Shown piece after piece: positions 30,696 through 41,289 of a stretch of 64,000 nucleotides of DNA (its first letter is position 1; the number at the start of each line of letters is the position of its first letter). The notes under the pieces were generated by a model. The model was not told the origin of the DNA. It made no database searches and saw only the letters and a program-made list of their open reading frames with translations. The position numbers were made by a program, and so were the translations under genes. The DNA comes from Betaproteobacteria bacterium (GTDB lineage Bacteria > Pseudomonadota > Gammaproteobacteria > Burkholderiales > SG8-39), in contig VBCA01000036.1 in the NCBI GenBank assembly GCA_005881575.1, forward strand, positions 1,710 to 65,709. The letters run 5' to 3'.

Positions 30696-32104
30696 TTCGC
30701 GAGCTTCGAGAGATCGGGCATGGCGAACGGGTGCGCGACCTCGAAGGCCCGCGCGGCGCGCAACACTTGCGCCTCGGCGTATTTCAGCCCGATGATGTGC
30801 AAGCCTACGGGTAATCCCGTGCGGGTCAGTCCGCAGGGAATGGAAGCCGCCGGTTGCTGTGTCAGGTTGAAGGGGAAAGTGAACGGTGTCCAGCTCACCC
30901 ATCCCTTCGCGTTCTTCGGTGCTTCCCTGCCGACGTCGAATGCCGCAACGGCAAGCGTCGGCGTGACGAGCAGATCGTAGCGCTCGTGGAAGCGGCTCAT
31001 CACGAGGCCGAGCTCGTTTCGCTTCTGCGCCGCCTCGAAGTGCTCGAGCGCTGTGATGCGCTCGCCGCGGCGCGCGATCTCGCGCAGGCCTTTGTCGATC
31101 AGCGAGCGTTTTTTGGCCGGCACGCTGCTCACGACAAGCGCCGCGCCCGGGAACCAGTGCCGCGAAAACGTTTCCTGCGGATTCTCGAACCCGGGATCGC
31201 TCTCTTCGACCTTCGCGCCGAGATCGTCGAACGTTCGCACCGCCTTCCCCACGATCTCCGCGACCTCGCGGTCGACCGTGGCGTAGCCGAGATTCGCCGA
31301 GTAAGCGATGCGCAAGCCCCGCACGCCGGCTTCGAGCCCTTCCCGGTAATCGCGGCGCTCATAGGGCAGCGCTGTCCAGTCGCGGGAGTCGGGCTGCGAC
31401 ATGACGCTGAGTATGAGCGCGGCATCGGCAACGCTGCGCGCGATCGGCCCGACGTGCGCGACGGTTCCCATGGGAGAGGGCGGCCAGGCGGGTACGCGGC
31501 CGAAGGTGGGCTTGATGCCGAACAGGCCCGTGAACGCGCAGGGTATGCGGATCGAACCGCCGCCGTCGGTGCCGACCGCGAGCGGGCCCATCCCGGAGGC
31601 CACCGCCGCGGCAGCGCCGCCTGAGGAACCGCCCGGGGTTTTTCGCGGGTTCCAGGGATTGCGCGTGATACCGGTGAGCGGGCTGTCGGTGACGCCCTTC
31701 CAGCCGAATTCCGGAGTCGTCGTCTTGCCGAGCAGCACGGCCCCTGCCTCGCGCAAGCGCGCCACCGCGGGCGCGTCGTCGTCCCACGGCCCCTTCGGAT
31801 CGATCGTTTTCGAGCCGCGCAGCGTCGGCCAGCCGCGGGCGAGGATCAAGTCCTTGATCGAGACGGGGACGCCATCGAGCGGGCCCATCGGCGCGCCCCT
31901 CATCCAGCGCGTTTCCGATTCCGTCGCGCTTGCGACGGCCGCCTCGCCATCGACGAGGCAGAAGGCGTTCAGGACCGGGTTCAGCCGCTCGATGCGCTCG
32001 AGCACCGCGCGCGTCGCCTCGACGGGGGAGAGCTGCGTCGCGCGATAGAGCGCGAGCAGCTCTGCGGCGGTGAGCGAGCAGGGGTCGGTCGGCGTGCTCA
32101 ACAA
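30692..32104 (-). CDS. Amidase-signature (GatA-like) amidase
   Basis: 470 aa. It has the AS signature GGSSGGAAAAVASG...GTDGGGSIRIP and the catalytic-type K in PVSIKD. Confidence 0.92.
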   Translation of the reverse strand: MLSTPTDPCSLTAAELLALYRATQLSPVEATRAVLERIERLNPVLNAFCLVDGEAAVASATESETRWMRGAPMGPLDGVPVSIKDLILARGWPTLRGSKTIDPKGPWDDDAPAVARLREAGAVLLGKTTTPEFGWKGVTDSPLTGITRNPWNPRKTPGGSSGGAAAAVASGMGPLAVGTDGGGSIRIPCAFTGLFGIKPTFGRVPAWPPSPMGTVAHVGPIARSVADAALILSVMSQPDSRDWTALPYERRDYREGLEAGVRGLRIAYSANLGYATVDREVAEIVGKAVRTFDDLGAKVEESDPGFENPQETFSRHWFPGAALVVSSVPAKKRSLIDKGLREIARRGERITALEHFEAAQKRNELGLVMSRFHERYDLLVTPTLAVAAFDVGREAPKNAKGWVSWTPFTFPFNLTQQPAASIPCGLTRTGLPVGLHIIGLKYAEAQVLRAARAFEVAHPFAMPDLSKLAK

Positions 32105-32175
32105 TGACTCCGGTCTAGAACTTCTTGGCTAGGGAAGGAGTGTGCTCCGTTACCGGATGGAGCGGCATACCATGT

Positions 32176-33690
<1,515 letters not shown>

Positions 33691-33709
33691 GCATCCAATG
33701 TATGCCGAC

Positions 33710-33736
33710 CAAGCAACAAATGCCAGAGATTGCTTG
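33710..33736. promoter_or_regulatory. Inverted repeat CAAGCAA-N13-TTGCTTG, candidate enhancer (UAS) for the adjacent sigma-54 activator
   Basis: Read directly from the sequence. It is centred roughly 75 bp upstream of the -24 element, and an A/T-rich tract lies between them. Confidence 0.35.
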
Positions 33737-33790
33737 AAGAATAACCGATTCAGATGAACAAAAGTACAAAACAACAATTAGTTACGAGAT

Positions 33791-33806
33791 TGGCACGGTC
33801 GCTGCT
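33791..33806 (+). promoter_or_regulatory. Sigma-54 (-24/-12) promoter TGGCACggtcgCTGCT
   Basis: It matches the TGGCAC-N5-TTGCW consensus with correct GG-N10-GC spacing (GG 33792-93, GC 33804-05). It lies 42 bp upstream of ATG 33848, inside an AT-rich intergenic region and divergent from an EBP gene. Confidence 0.65.
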
Positions 33807-33847
33807 GAATACACGGGCAGTCACAGGTTCATGGGAGGTAGCGGGTC

Positions 33848-36058
33848 ATGAGAATCGAAGCGAAAGCGGCAGTCGCGTTGATATGGACAAACTTCCGCGG
33901 TGCTCTGCTGGCGGGGCTATCCGTGATTGCCTTGACGTCCTGTGGCGGCGGTGACGATAGCAGTAGTTGTCCTTTTTCCGCACCTCCACCACGAATCAAT
34001 TCCTACCCGCCAACCGTTGCGACCGCTGGTTACCACTACGGATACGGCGTCGGCGCGGCCTACACCTGTTGGTTCATTCCGCTTTTTGTCACCATGACTT
34101 GCGGGGACATCGTTTGGGTGCAGTTGCCGGCGGGAGCGAGTACTGGTTGGACTGGCTTCTCTTGGACGCCTCAGTCGAACCAGGCGAACACGGATGTGCC
34201 GTTCGTCATCGCCACCGAACCTGACATCTGCGGACGACAAGCCAGGCAATCCTGGACCGTGCACGTCTATGCGCCGCCTGTGATTGAGAGCTTTACCGCA
34301 GAGAGAGCCTTTATTCATCCCGGCGAGAGCACGGTGCTCACCGCCGTGTTCCAGGGCGGCGGCCAGATTGAGGGACTAGGCCCCCTGACGAGCGGCGTGT
34401 CTGTAGCCACCCCCGTCCTCAGCACCCCCACGACCTTCACGCTGATCGTTACCAATAGCGCCGGCGCTCAGGTGCGTCAAACACTCACTGTCGAGATGCC
34501 GCCGACGGTGATATCCACCAATCCCGTGAACGAAGCGACGGAGGTGCCGGTCAATGGCGTGCTCTTCGTCAGGTTTAGCAAAGAGATGGATAGCGCCACC
34601 ATAACCCCCAGCACGTTCTTGTTGAAGGATGGCAGCAACAAGCTCGTGAGTGGAACCGTGACCGTGACCGCGGCCGGCGACGTCGCGACATTCGCGCCTG
34701 CAAGATTTCTTGGATACCTCACGCCATATACAGCCATTATTACTAACGGGGTCAGGGACGCTAGAGGCAACTCCATGGTCGCCGACTACGAGTGGGGTTT
34801 TGTCTCGGATGCTAACCCCGACACGACTCCCCCCAGGGTGATCTCAACATCCCCCGCGAACGAAACCGACGGTGTCGCCACGGAGAATATTGAGCTACTC
34901 GTTACTTTCAGTGAAAGCATTGATCCGAACAGCGTGAATTCGAGCACCTTCATCCTGATGGACAGCAGCCAGAATCCGGTGAACGGGACAATCCGCGTAA
35001 CCAGTGGAGGCAACACCGCTGCGTTCCTGGCTCCGATCCTTGCAAATTCGATGTCTTATACGGCAATCGTGACGACGGGGATCATGGATCTGGCCGGCAA
35101 CCCCGTGGCGGCAAGCTATTCATGGACCTTTACGACCGAAGCGCCGGGATTAGGTACTTGGCAGGCGACCTCGACCCACCATGCGCCCTCGGAAAGGATC
35201 TGGCACACAGCGGTCTGGACCGGTAGCGAGATGATTGTCTGGGGCGGCTGGGCCAACTATGGGGGGCTTCAAAATACCGGTGCGCGGTACAACCCCGTGA
35301 CAGACGTTTGGGCTCCGATCTCGAACATCGGCGCGCCCTCCGAAAGGAGATACCACACGGCGATCTGGACCGGCAGCGAGATGATTGTCTGGGGAGGCGA
35401 AGGCATTTCTTTCAGCGTTCTTAATTCGGGCGCGCGATATAACCCCGTGACAGACGTTTGGACTCCGATCTCGAACATCGGTGCACCCTCCGCAAGGTAC
35501 TGGCACATGGCGGTCTGGACCGGCAGCGAGATGATTGTCTGGGGTGGCTACAACCGCGTCTCCGTTACCAATTCGGGTGCGCGATACAACCCTGTGACAG
35601 ACATTTGGGTGCCGACCTCGAACATCGGTGCACCCTCCGCAAGGTACTGGGACATGGCGGTCTGGACCGGCAGCGAGATGATTGTCTGGGGTGGTTACGG
35701 CCTTCCTTCGAACTCTCTTGATTCGGGTGGGCGATACAACCCCGCGACAGACGTTTGGGTGCCTACCTCGAACACCAGCGTGCCCTCGGTAAGGTACTAC
35801 CACACGGCGGTCTGGACCGGCAGAGAGATGATCGTCTGGGGTGGCCAAGACTATTCCTACTTTAGTAATTCGGGTGCCCGATACAACCCTGTGACAGATC
35901 TTTGGGCGCCGACCTCGAACACCGGTGTGCCCTCCGCAAGGGCCCAACACACGGCGGTCTGGACCGGAAGCAAGATGATTGTCTGGGGCGGCTATGGCAG
36001 TAGTAGTGGCTACCCCAATACCGGTGGCAGGTATGGACCCCAGGAAGGCTCGCAGTAG
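33848..36058 (+). CDS. Lipoprotein with three Ig-like (SbsA/Big_5-like) domains and a six-bladed Kelch-like beta-propeller
   Basis: GGGAGG RBS and lipobox ALTSCGGGDD. There are three repeats of the form P-x-V-I-S-T-x-P-x-N-E-x-x-V...ITPSTF-L/I-L-x-D..., then six ~49-aa blades (R-x-x-H-T-A-V-W-T-G-S-E-M-I-V-W-G-G...G-A-R-Y-N-P-V-T-D-V-W). Confidence 0.85.
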   Translation: MRIEAKAAVALIWTNFRGALLAGLSVIALTSCGGGDDSSSCPFSAPPPRINSYPPTVATAGYHYGYGVGAAYTCWFIPLFVTMTCGDIVWVQLPAGASTGWTGFSWTPQSNQANTDVPFVIATEPDICGRQARQSWTVHVYAPPVIESFTAERAFIHPGESTVLTAVFQGGGQIEGLGPLTSGVSVATPVLSTPTTFTLIVTNSAGAQVRQTLTVEMPPTVISTNPVNEATEVPVNGVLFVRFSKEMDSATITPSTFLLKDGSNKLVSGTVTVTAAGDVATFAPARFLGYLTPYTAIITNGVRDARGNSMVADYEWGFVSDANPDTTPPRVISTSPANETDGVATENIELLVTFSESIDPNSVNSSTFILMDSSQNPVNGTIRVTSGGNTAAFLAPILANSMSYTAIVTTGIMDLAGNPVAASYSWTFTTEAPGLGTWQATSTHHAPSERIWHTAVWTGSEMIVWGGWANYGGLQNTGARYNPVTDVWAPISNIGAPSERRYHTAIWTGSEMIVWGGEGISFSVLNSGARYNPVTDVWTPISNIGAPSARYWHMAVWTGSEMIVWGGYNRVSVTNSGARYNPVTDIWVPTSNIGAPSARYWDMAVWTGSEMIVWGGYGLPSNSLDSGGRYNPATDVWVPTSNTSVPSVRYYHTAVWTGREMIVWGGQDYSYFSNSGARYNPVTDLWAPTSNTGVPSARAQHTAVWTGSKMIVWGGYGSSSGYPNTGGRYGPQEGSQ
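35183..36040 (+). repeat. Six tandem ~147-150-bp coding repeats (Kelch-like blades), highly similar at the DNA level
   Basis: The string gagatgattgtctgggg recurs near 35228, 35377, 35527 and 35674, with variants near 35824 and 35968. The flanking sequence ggcgcgcgatataaccccgtgacagacgtttgg also recurs. Confidence 0.85.
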
Positions 36059-36090
36059 CTCTTACGTCGCAGTCGAACCGGACATCGACC

Positions 36091-36729
36091 ATGCGAATCC
36101 TCCTCGTAACGCAAGACCGCGATGCGCGCGAGAGGATGGCATCCGCGATCGGCATCGAGCCGCAAGTCCTATTCGCCGATTGCGCGGCGAGCGGGCGCGA
36201 AGCCCTGGCGTGTCTTGCCGCGCGGCGGCCGGAGGTCTTGTTCGTCCGTCTGCCGCTGCCGGACATGAACGGCGTGGAATTCGTGCGGGCGGCAAAGCGC
36301 GTGCTCGCGAGCTGCCAGATCCTGCTCATCGCCCCGGCCGGGACGGAGGAAGCGCTGATCGCCGCCCTCGAGGCGGGCGCCGCGGGTTGTGTCCTCGAAC
36401 CCTGTGATGCGCACGAGCTAGTGGGACACGCGCTGAAACTGCGCGCGGGCGGCTCGCCGCTCAGCCCGTTCGTCGCGAGAAAGCTGGTGGAACGCTTGCA
36501 CGCACGGACGCTCGCGCATGCAGCAGCCGTTGCGCTGACCGCCCGCGAATCGGATGTCGTTTGCCTCCTGGCGAGCGGCCTGAGCTATTCGCAGATCGGA
36601 GACAGGCTCGGCGTGTCGCTCAACACCGTCGGAAGCCACATCAAGAATGCCTACCGCAAGCTGGACGTCCATTCGGCGACCGCTGCAGTGATGCGAGCGG
36701 TTGAGCTGCAGATGCCCGGCAAGGCGTAG
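36091..36729 (+). CDS. LuxR/NarL-family regulator with a degenerate (pseudo-)receiver domain
   Basis: It has a GerE HTH (LTARESDVVCLLASGLSYSQIGDRLGVSLNTVGSHIKNAYRKL). By hand alignment to NarL, the receiver-like N-terminus has VLFVRLPLPDMNG where the phospho-Asp should be (Arg instead). The T/S position is ILLIAPAG and the Lys position is CVLEP. Confidence 0.85.
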   Translation: MRILLVTQDRDARERMASAIGIEPQVLFADCAASGREALACLAARRPEVLFVRLPLPDMNGVEFVRAAKRVLASCQILLIAPAGTEEALIAALEAGAAGCVLEPCDAHELVGHALKLRAGGSPLSPFVARKLVERLHARTLAHAAAVALTARESDVVCLLASGLSYSQIGDRLGVSLNTVGSHIKNAYRKLDVHSATAAVMRAVELQMPGKA

Positions 36730-36892
36730 CGGCACGGGGGTTCGTAGCCGCATGCAGCCTCCTTCTCACCGGATCATGGGATTGTGGGTCGCGCAGCGTC
36801 TGCGCAACATGGAGACGGTGCTTTGAACAATCGATCAAACCAATGCACGTCGGGCTGCACCGTCCCCGTGCGCCAAGCTGAGAGGAGGAACC

Positions 36893-38128
36893 ATGAACTC
36901 ACTTCGTACAGATATTCTTCGCACCCACGCCGGCCTCGGCGGAATGCTCGGCGGCCTTTTGGTGCTCGCCGCGACCTCAACGGCGCTCGCTCAGGAGAAA
37001 CCAGGGGTGGTGAACGTGGACTGCACCCAAGGCGAGACGATCTCCAGGGCGTTCACCCGAGGCAACGAGAGCAGGCCGCTGCTCGTCTTGGTCAGAGGCA
37101 CCTGCAATGAGTCCGTGCTCATCGATCGGAGCGACGTCACCATTCGGGGGGAAACCGGCTTCGGCGGCGGCATCGCGGGGCCCGATCCGAACATCGATAC
37201 GGTGACTGTGACTGCCAGCCGCGCGACCCTTGAAGGGCTCACGATCACCGGGGGGCGAAACGGCATCACGGTGAGCGGCGCGGCGGGGCTTACAGTCCGG
37301 AATGCGACGGTCCAGAACACCGGCCGGACCGGAATCGCCTTCGTCTTCGGCGCGAGTGGCGTCATCGACAGCTGCACGATCCAGCTCAATCCGCGTGATG
37401 GCGTCGTCGTCTCGGCGGCCCAGGCGACCGTCGTGAACTCGGCGGTGAGCCAGAACCGCAACGGAGTCCTCGTGCTTGATGGCGGCTCCGCCCGGATCGG
37501 CGTCGACAATCGGAACGCCCCCGGCGGCAATACGATCAGCATGAATGGTTCGAGCGGCATCGTCGTCTCGAACGGCAGCGCGGCGTCTATCGCGATGAAT
37601 CAGATCACCGGAAACGGCGCCGACCCGGCCGCGCCCGGAGGCGGCGTATTGGTGATTAGCTCGGCTGCCGTCATCGCGGGCGGCAACACCATCAGCGGCA
37701 ACGTCACGCAGGGCGTGTTTGCCCGCAGCGCGAGTGTCGTGATCGGCGATCCGGGCCTTGGCTTACCGACCGTCAACACGATCACTGGCAACGGGACCGG
37801 CAGCGCTGGCGGAGTATTCGGTATCTTGGGGGCGTCGATTGTGATTCGGGACGCCGTGATCAGCGGCAATAGCGGCGTCGGCTTGGGGCTGAGCCTCAAA
37901 TCTCAAGCCCAGCTGTTTGGGAGCACGATTCAGAACAACCCGGGTGACGGGATCCGGCTCCTCCTGGGCTCGGCACTCCTGATCTTGCCGCCGAGTACGG
38001 CCGTGTCGGGCAACACGGGCTTCGGACTACAGTGCCTAGATAGCGAGTCGAGCGTGGCCAACACGGGACTCCTGACGCTTTCGGGGAACGTCGCTGGCGA
38101 TATCGCGCCGGGCTGCTCGGGGTTCTGA
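36893..38128 (+). CDS. Secreted right-handed parallel beta-helix (PbH1) repeat protein
   Basis: GAGGAGG RBS and a Sec signal ending TALAQE. It contains many ~22-aa turns (GITVSGAAGLTVRNATVQNTGRTGIAF...; NTISGNVTQGVFA...; VISGNSGVGLGL...). Confidence 0.85.
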   Translation: MNSLRTDILRTHAGLGGMLGGLLVLAATSTALAQEKPGVVNVDCTQGETISRAFTRGNESRPLLVLVRGTCNESVLIDRSDVTIRGETGFGGGIAGPDPNIDTVTVTASRATLEGLTITGGRNGITVSGAAGLTVRNATVQNTGRTGIAFVFGASGVIDSCTIQLNPRDGVVVSAAQATVVNSAVSQNRNGVLVLDGGSARIGVDNRNAPGGNTISMNGSSGIVVSNGSAASIAMNQITGNGADPAAPGGGVLVISSAAVIAGGNTISGNVTQGVFARSASVVIGDPGLGLPTVNTITGNGTGSAGGVFGILGASIVIRDAVISGNSGVGLGLSLKSQAQLFGSTIQNNPGDGIRLLLGSALLILPPSTAVSGNTGFGLQCLDSESSVANTGLLTLSGNVAGDIAPGCSGF

Positions 38129-38164
38129 GCGCTGCAAAATCCATTCGGAGCCGTTCCGCATGGG

Positions 38165-39460
38165 TCACGTTTCCCCCGCCAGCCGCGCGCCCTCCCGCTC
38201 GTCGACGAAATACAGCAGGATCCCGCCCGCGAGAAACAGCGCCACGATGACGAGAACCGCGGCGCGGGAGCTGCCGGTCGCGAGGGCGGCTGAGCCCATC
38301 AGCAGCGGTCCGATCACCGCCGCGAATTTCCCGAGCATGTTGTAGAAGCCGAAGAATTCCCCGGCTCTCGCAGCCGGCGTGATGCGCGCGAAAAGCGACC
38401 GCGACAGCGACTGCACGCCGCCCTGAACCAGTCCGATCACGACCGCCAGCGCGTAGAACTCCCAGGTGCTTTCCATCCAGTAAGCCCAAAGCGTGGCCGT
38501 AATATAGGTTCCGAGGCCGATAGTGATCCCGGCCTTCGTGCCGAATCGCGCGCCGAGATGGCCGAAGGCGATGGAGGCAGGAAAACCCACGAACTGCGTG
38601 ATCAGCAGCGCGACGATGAGCTTCTTCTCGTCGAAGCCGAGAGCCATGCCATAGTCGAGCGCCATGCGCGCCAGCGTGCCGACCCCGTCGATATAGAGGA
38701 GGTATGCGAGCAGAAAGAGCAGGACGATGCGCAATCGCCGAATGTCGCGAAACGTTGCGGCGAGTTGCCGGATCCCAGCCGATGCCGCCGACTCGCGCGA
38801 CAGGCGGCCCGCTGCGTCCGGCTCCTTGACGAATACGAGTAGTGGAACCGAGAAGATCGCCCACCACACGGCGACCATGCCGAACGACAAGCGCACCGAT
38901 TCCGAGGCATCGACGAGGCCGAAGCGAGCGGGCCACAAGACCATCGCGACATTGAGGGCGAAGAGCAGGCCGCCCCCGAGATACCCCAGGGCGAAACCGA
39001 GACTGGACACCTTGTCGAGCTGGGGCTCGATGGCGACGCTCACGAGCAGCGCATCGTAGAAGGAATTGCTGCCGGAGAACCCGATCACCGCCAGCACGTA
39101 CAGCGCGATCGCGAGCGTCCATTCGCCGCGCGCCGCGAATTGCAGGGCGCCGGTCATGACGATCGCCATTGCCGCGAAGAGAATCAGATAGCGCTTCCTC
39201 GTCCCGCCCTGGTCGGCGATGGCGCCGAGAATCGGCGAAAGAAGCGCAATGACAATTCCTCCGATGGAATTGGCAAGACCCAATCGAAACGTCGTGATCG
39301 TGGCATCCGCGCCGTCGCTCCAGTATTGCTTCAGGAACAACGGGAAGAACGCCGACATCACCGTGATGGCGAACGCGGAATTCGCCCAGTCGTACAGCGC
39401 CCAGGAAATGACCTTTGTCGATTGCTGCGATGGCGTCGGGAAGGAAGACACGGTCGGCAT
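38165..39460 (-). CDS. MFS transporter, UMF1/Atg22-like family
   Basis: 431 aa. The N-terminus VISWALYDWANSAFAITVMSAFFPLF is characteristic of the Atg22-like MFS subfamily. About 12 TM helices. Confidence 0.85.
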   Translation of the reverse strand: MPTVSSFPTPSQQSTKVISWALYDWANSAFAITVMSAFFPLFLKQYWSDGADATITTFRLGLANSIGGIVIALLSPILGAIADQGGTRKRYLILFAAMAIVMTGALQFAARGEWTLAIALYVLAVIGFSGSNSFYDALLVSVAIEPQLDKVSSLGFALGYLGGGLLFALNVAMVLWPARFGLVDASESVRLSFGMVAVWWAIFSVPLLVFVKEPDAAGRLSRESAASAGIRQLAATFRDIRRLRIVLLFLLAYLLYIDGVGTLARMALDYGMALGFDEKKLIVALLITQFVGFPASIAFGHLGARFGTKAGITIGLGTYITATLWAYWMESTWEFYALAVVIGLVQGGVQSLSRSLFARITPAARAGEFFGFYNMLGKFAAVIGPLLMGSAALATGSSRAAVLVIVALFLAGGILLYFVDEREGARLAGET

Positions 39461-39616
39461 GCGCGTTTCGGTGCGGGAAGAGCGATTGTAAAGCTATCCC
39501 GACAGCCAACTGAAAGCTCTCGTCAGCACTCAGCAAGGCACGCCGGCTCATGCTAGCTCCCTGCCCTTCACACTGACGTCTAACGCTGCCCGTTGGCATA
39601 AGAAGAATCCTCTCCC

Positions 39617-41275
39617 ATGCTCACCGTCTCCGCCTCGAAATCCCGCTGGGTCGCAGGTGCTTTCCTGATCTGCGCCCTGACATGGTTCGCGGGGCTCGAG
39701 CACCGCGGACTGTTCACTCCCGACGAAGGGCGCTACGCCGACATCGCCCGCGAGATGCTCGATTCGGACGACTGGGTGACGCCGCGGCTCAACGGGATCA
39801 AGTACCTCGAGAAGCCACCCCTTCAGTACTGGGCGACCGCGGGCGCGTTCGCGGTGCTCGGTGTGGACGAGTGGACGGCGCGCCTGTGGCCGGCCTACAC
39901 CGGCTTCCTCGGGATCGCGCTCATGGCGTTCGCGGGATTTCGCCTCGCTCCCCGCTCGCCGTGGCTCCCGACCGCGCTGATGGCCGCGGGTTGCTGGGGA
40001 TACTTTCTCGGCGGCCAGTTCCTGACTCTGGACATGGGGCTGACGTTCTTTCTGACCGTTGCGATGCTGGGTTTTCTCTTGAGCCGGCGCGCGGGCGTCA
40101 CCCTCTCCGCGGAGCGAGGGTGGATGATCCTCGCATGGGCGGGGATGGCGTGCGCCGTCTTGAGCAAGGGCATCGTGGGGATCGTGATCCCGGCGCTCGC
40201 GCTTCTGGTCTACGTCGCGCTCGAGCGCGATCTGTCACCGCTCAAGCGCCTGCACTGGGCGCCGGGGCTCGCCGCGTTCGCCGCGATCGCCCTGCCGTGG
40301 TTCGTCCTGGCGCAGCAGAGGAACCCCGAGTTTTTTCATTTCTTTTTCATCCGCGAGCATTTCGAACGCTACCTGCTGCCCGATCACCACCGGCCCGGTC
40401 CATGGTGGTACTTCGTTCCCGTGTTGCTCGTCGGGCTGCTGCCCTGGACGCCGAGCATCCCCGCGGCGCTCGCAAGAGCGTGGAGAACTGCGGCTCCTCC
40501 GGGCTTCAAGATCGACCGCTTTCTCGTCATCTGGGCCGGCGTGGTGGTGGTCTTCTTCAGCGCATCGCACTCGAAGCTCCCCGGTTACGTGCTCCCCGCC
40601 CTTCCGGCAATCCTGCTTCTTCTCGCCCGGCACTATCCGGCCCTGTCCGAGCGCGCGCGCCGCGCGCCTGCCGTTGCCTGCATCGCGAGCGGCCTCGCCC
40701 TGGGCTTGCTCGCAGCCGTGCTCCCTCATCTGGACGCGCGCCTGTCGTGGACGGAATTCGACGCGCATTACGCGATCTGGCTGCTCGCGGCGGGATTAGT
40801 CTTGTCGGCGGCGGGGCTCACCGGACTCCGCTTGCAGCGCCGCGCATCGGACGAAGCGTCCATCGCGGTTGTCGGCCTGGGCAGCCTGCTAGCCGTCCAG
40901 ATTGCGCTCTCGGGCACGCACGTTCTCGACGAGCACTACTCTTCGGAGCGGATCATGCAAGCCGTGGTCGGCGAAAAACTGCGGTTCCCGCGGGAGCTGC
41001 CCTTCTACAGCGTGGCGAGCTTCGATCAGAGCGTCCCCTTCTATCTCGGCCGCCCCGTGACACTCGTCCGGTACAAGGACGAACTCGCACCGGGGATCGC
41101 GACGGAGCCCTGGAAGTTCGTCAGTTCGGTCGAAGAATTCGTCGAGCTCTGGCAGGAGCACGCCGAGGCCTTTGCGATCATGACGCCGCCTTTCTACGAG
41201 AAGCTCAGGCAGCAGGGACTTCCGGGGCGCGTGCTCGCGCGCGACGCGCGGCGGATGATCGTCGCCAGACGATAG
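39617..41275 (+). CDS. GT39/GT83-type glycosyltransferase (ArnT/PMT_2-like undecaprenyl-phosphate-sugar-dependent transferase)
   Basis: 552 aa, multi-TM. The N-terminal motif DEGRYADIAREMLDSDDWVTPRLNGIKYLEKPPLQYW is typical of ArnT-like enzymes. Confidence 0.85.
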   Translation: MLTVSASKSRWVAGAFLICALTWFAGLEHRGLFTPDEGRYADIAREMLDSDDWVTPRLNGIKYLEKPPLQYWATAGAFAVLGVDEWTARLWPAYTGFLGIALMAFAGFRLAPRSPWLPTALMAAGCWGYFLGGQFLTLDMGLTFFLTVAMLGFLLSRRAGVTLSAERGWMILAWAGMACAVLSKGIVGIVIPALALLVYVALERDLSPLKRLHWAPGLAAFAAIALPWFVLAQQRNPEFFHFFFIREHFERYLLPDHHRPGPWWYFVPVLLVGLLPWTPSIPAALARAWRTAAPPGFKIDRFLVIWAGVVVVFFSASHSKLPGYVLPALPAILLLLARHYPALSERARRAPAVACIASGLALGLLAAVLPHLDARLSWTEFDAHYAIWLLAAGLVLSAAGLTGLRLQRRASDEASIAVVGLGSLLAVQIALSGTHVLDEHYSSERIMQAVVGEKLRFPRELPFYSVASFDQSVPFYLGRPVTLVRYKDELAPGIATEPWKFVSSVEEFVELWQEHAEAFAIMTPPFYEKLRQQGLPGRVLARDARRMIVARR

Positions 41276-41289
41276 CTTCGGGCCCCGGC

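Noticed and set aside
36791-36805. A small palindrome GCGCAGcgtCTGCGC between the LuxR gene and the beta-helix gene, and a sigma-54-like TGGAGACGGTGCTTTG nearby.
   Set aside because: The palindrome has only 6-bp GC-rich arms, which are expected by chance in this composition. The putative -24/-12 element has wrong GG/GC spacing. Neither is reported as a feature, though the dyad could be tested as a LuxR site.
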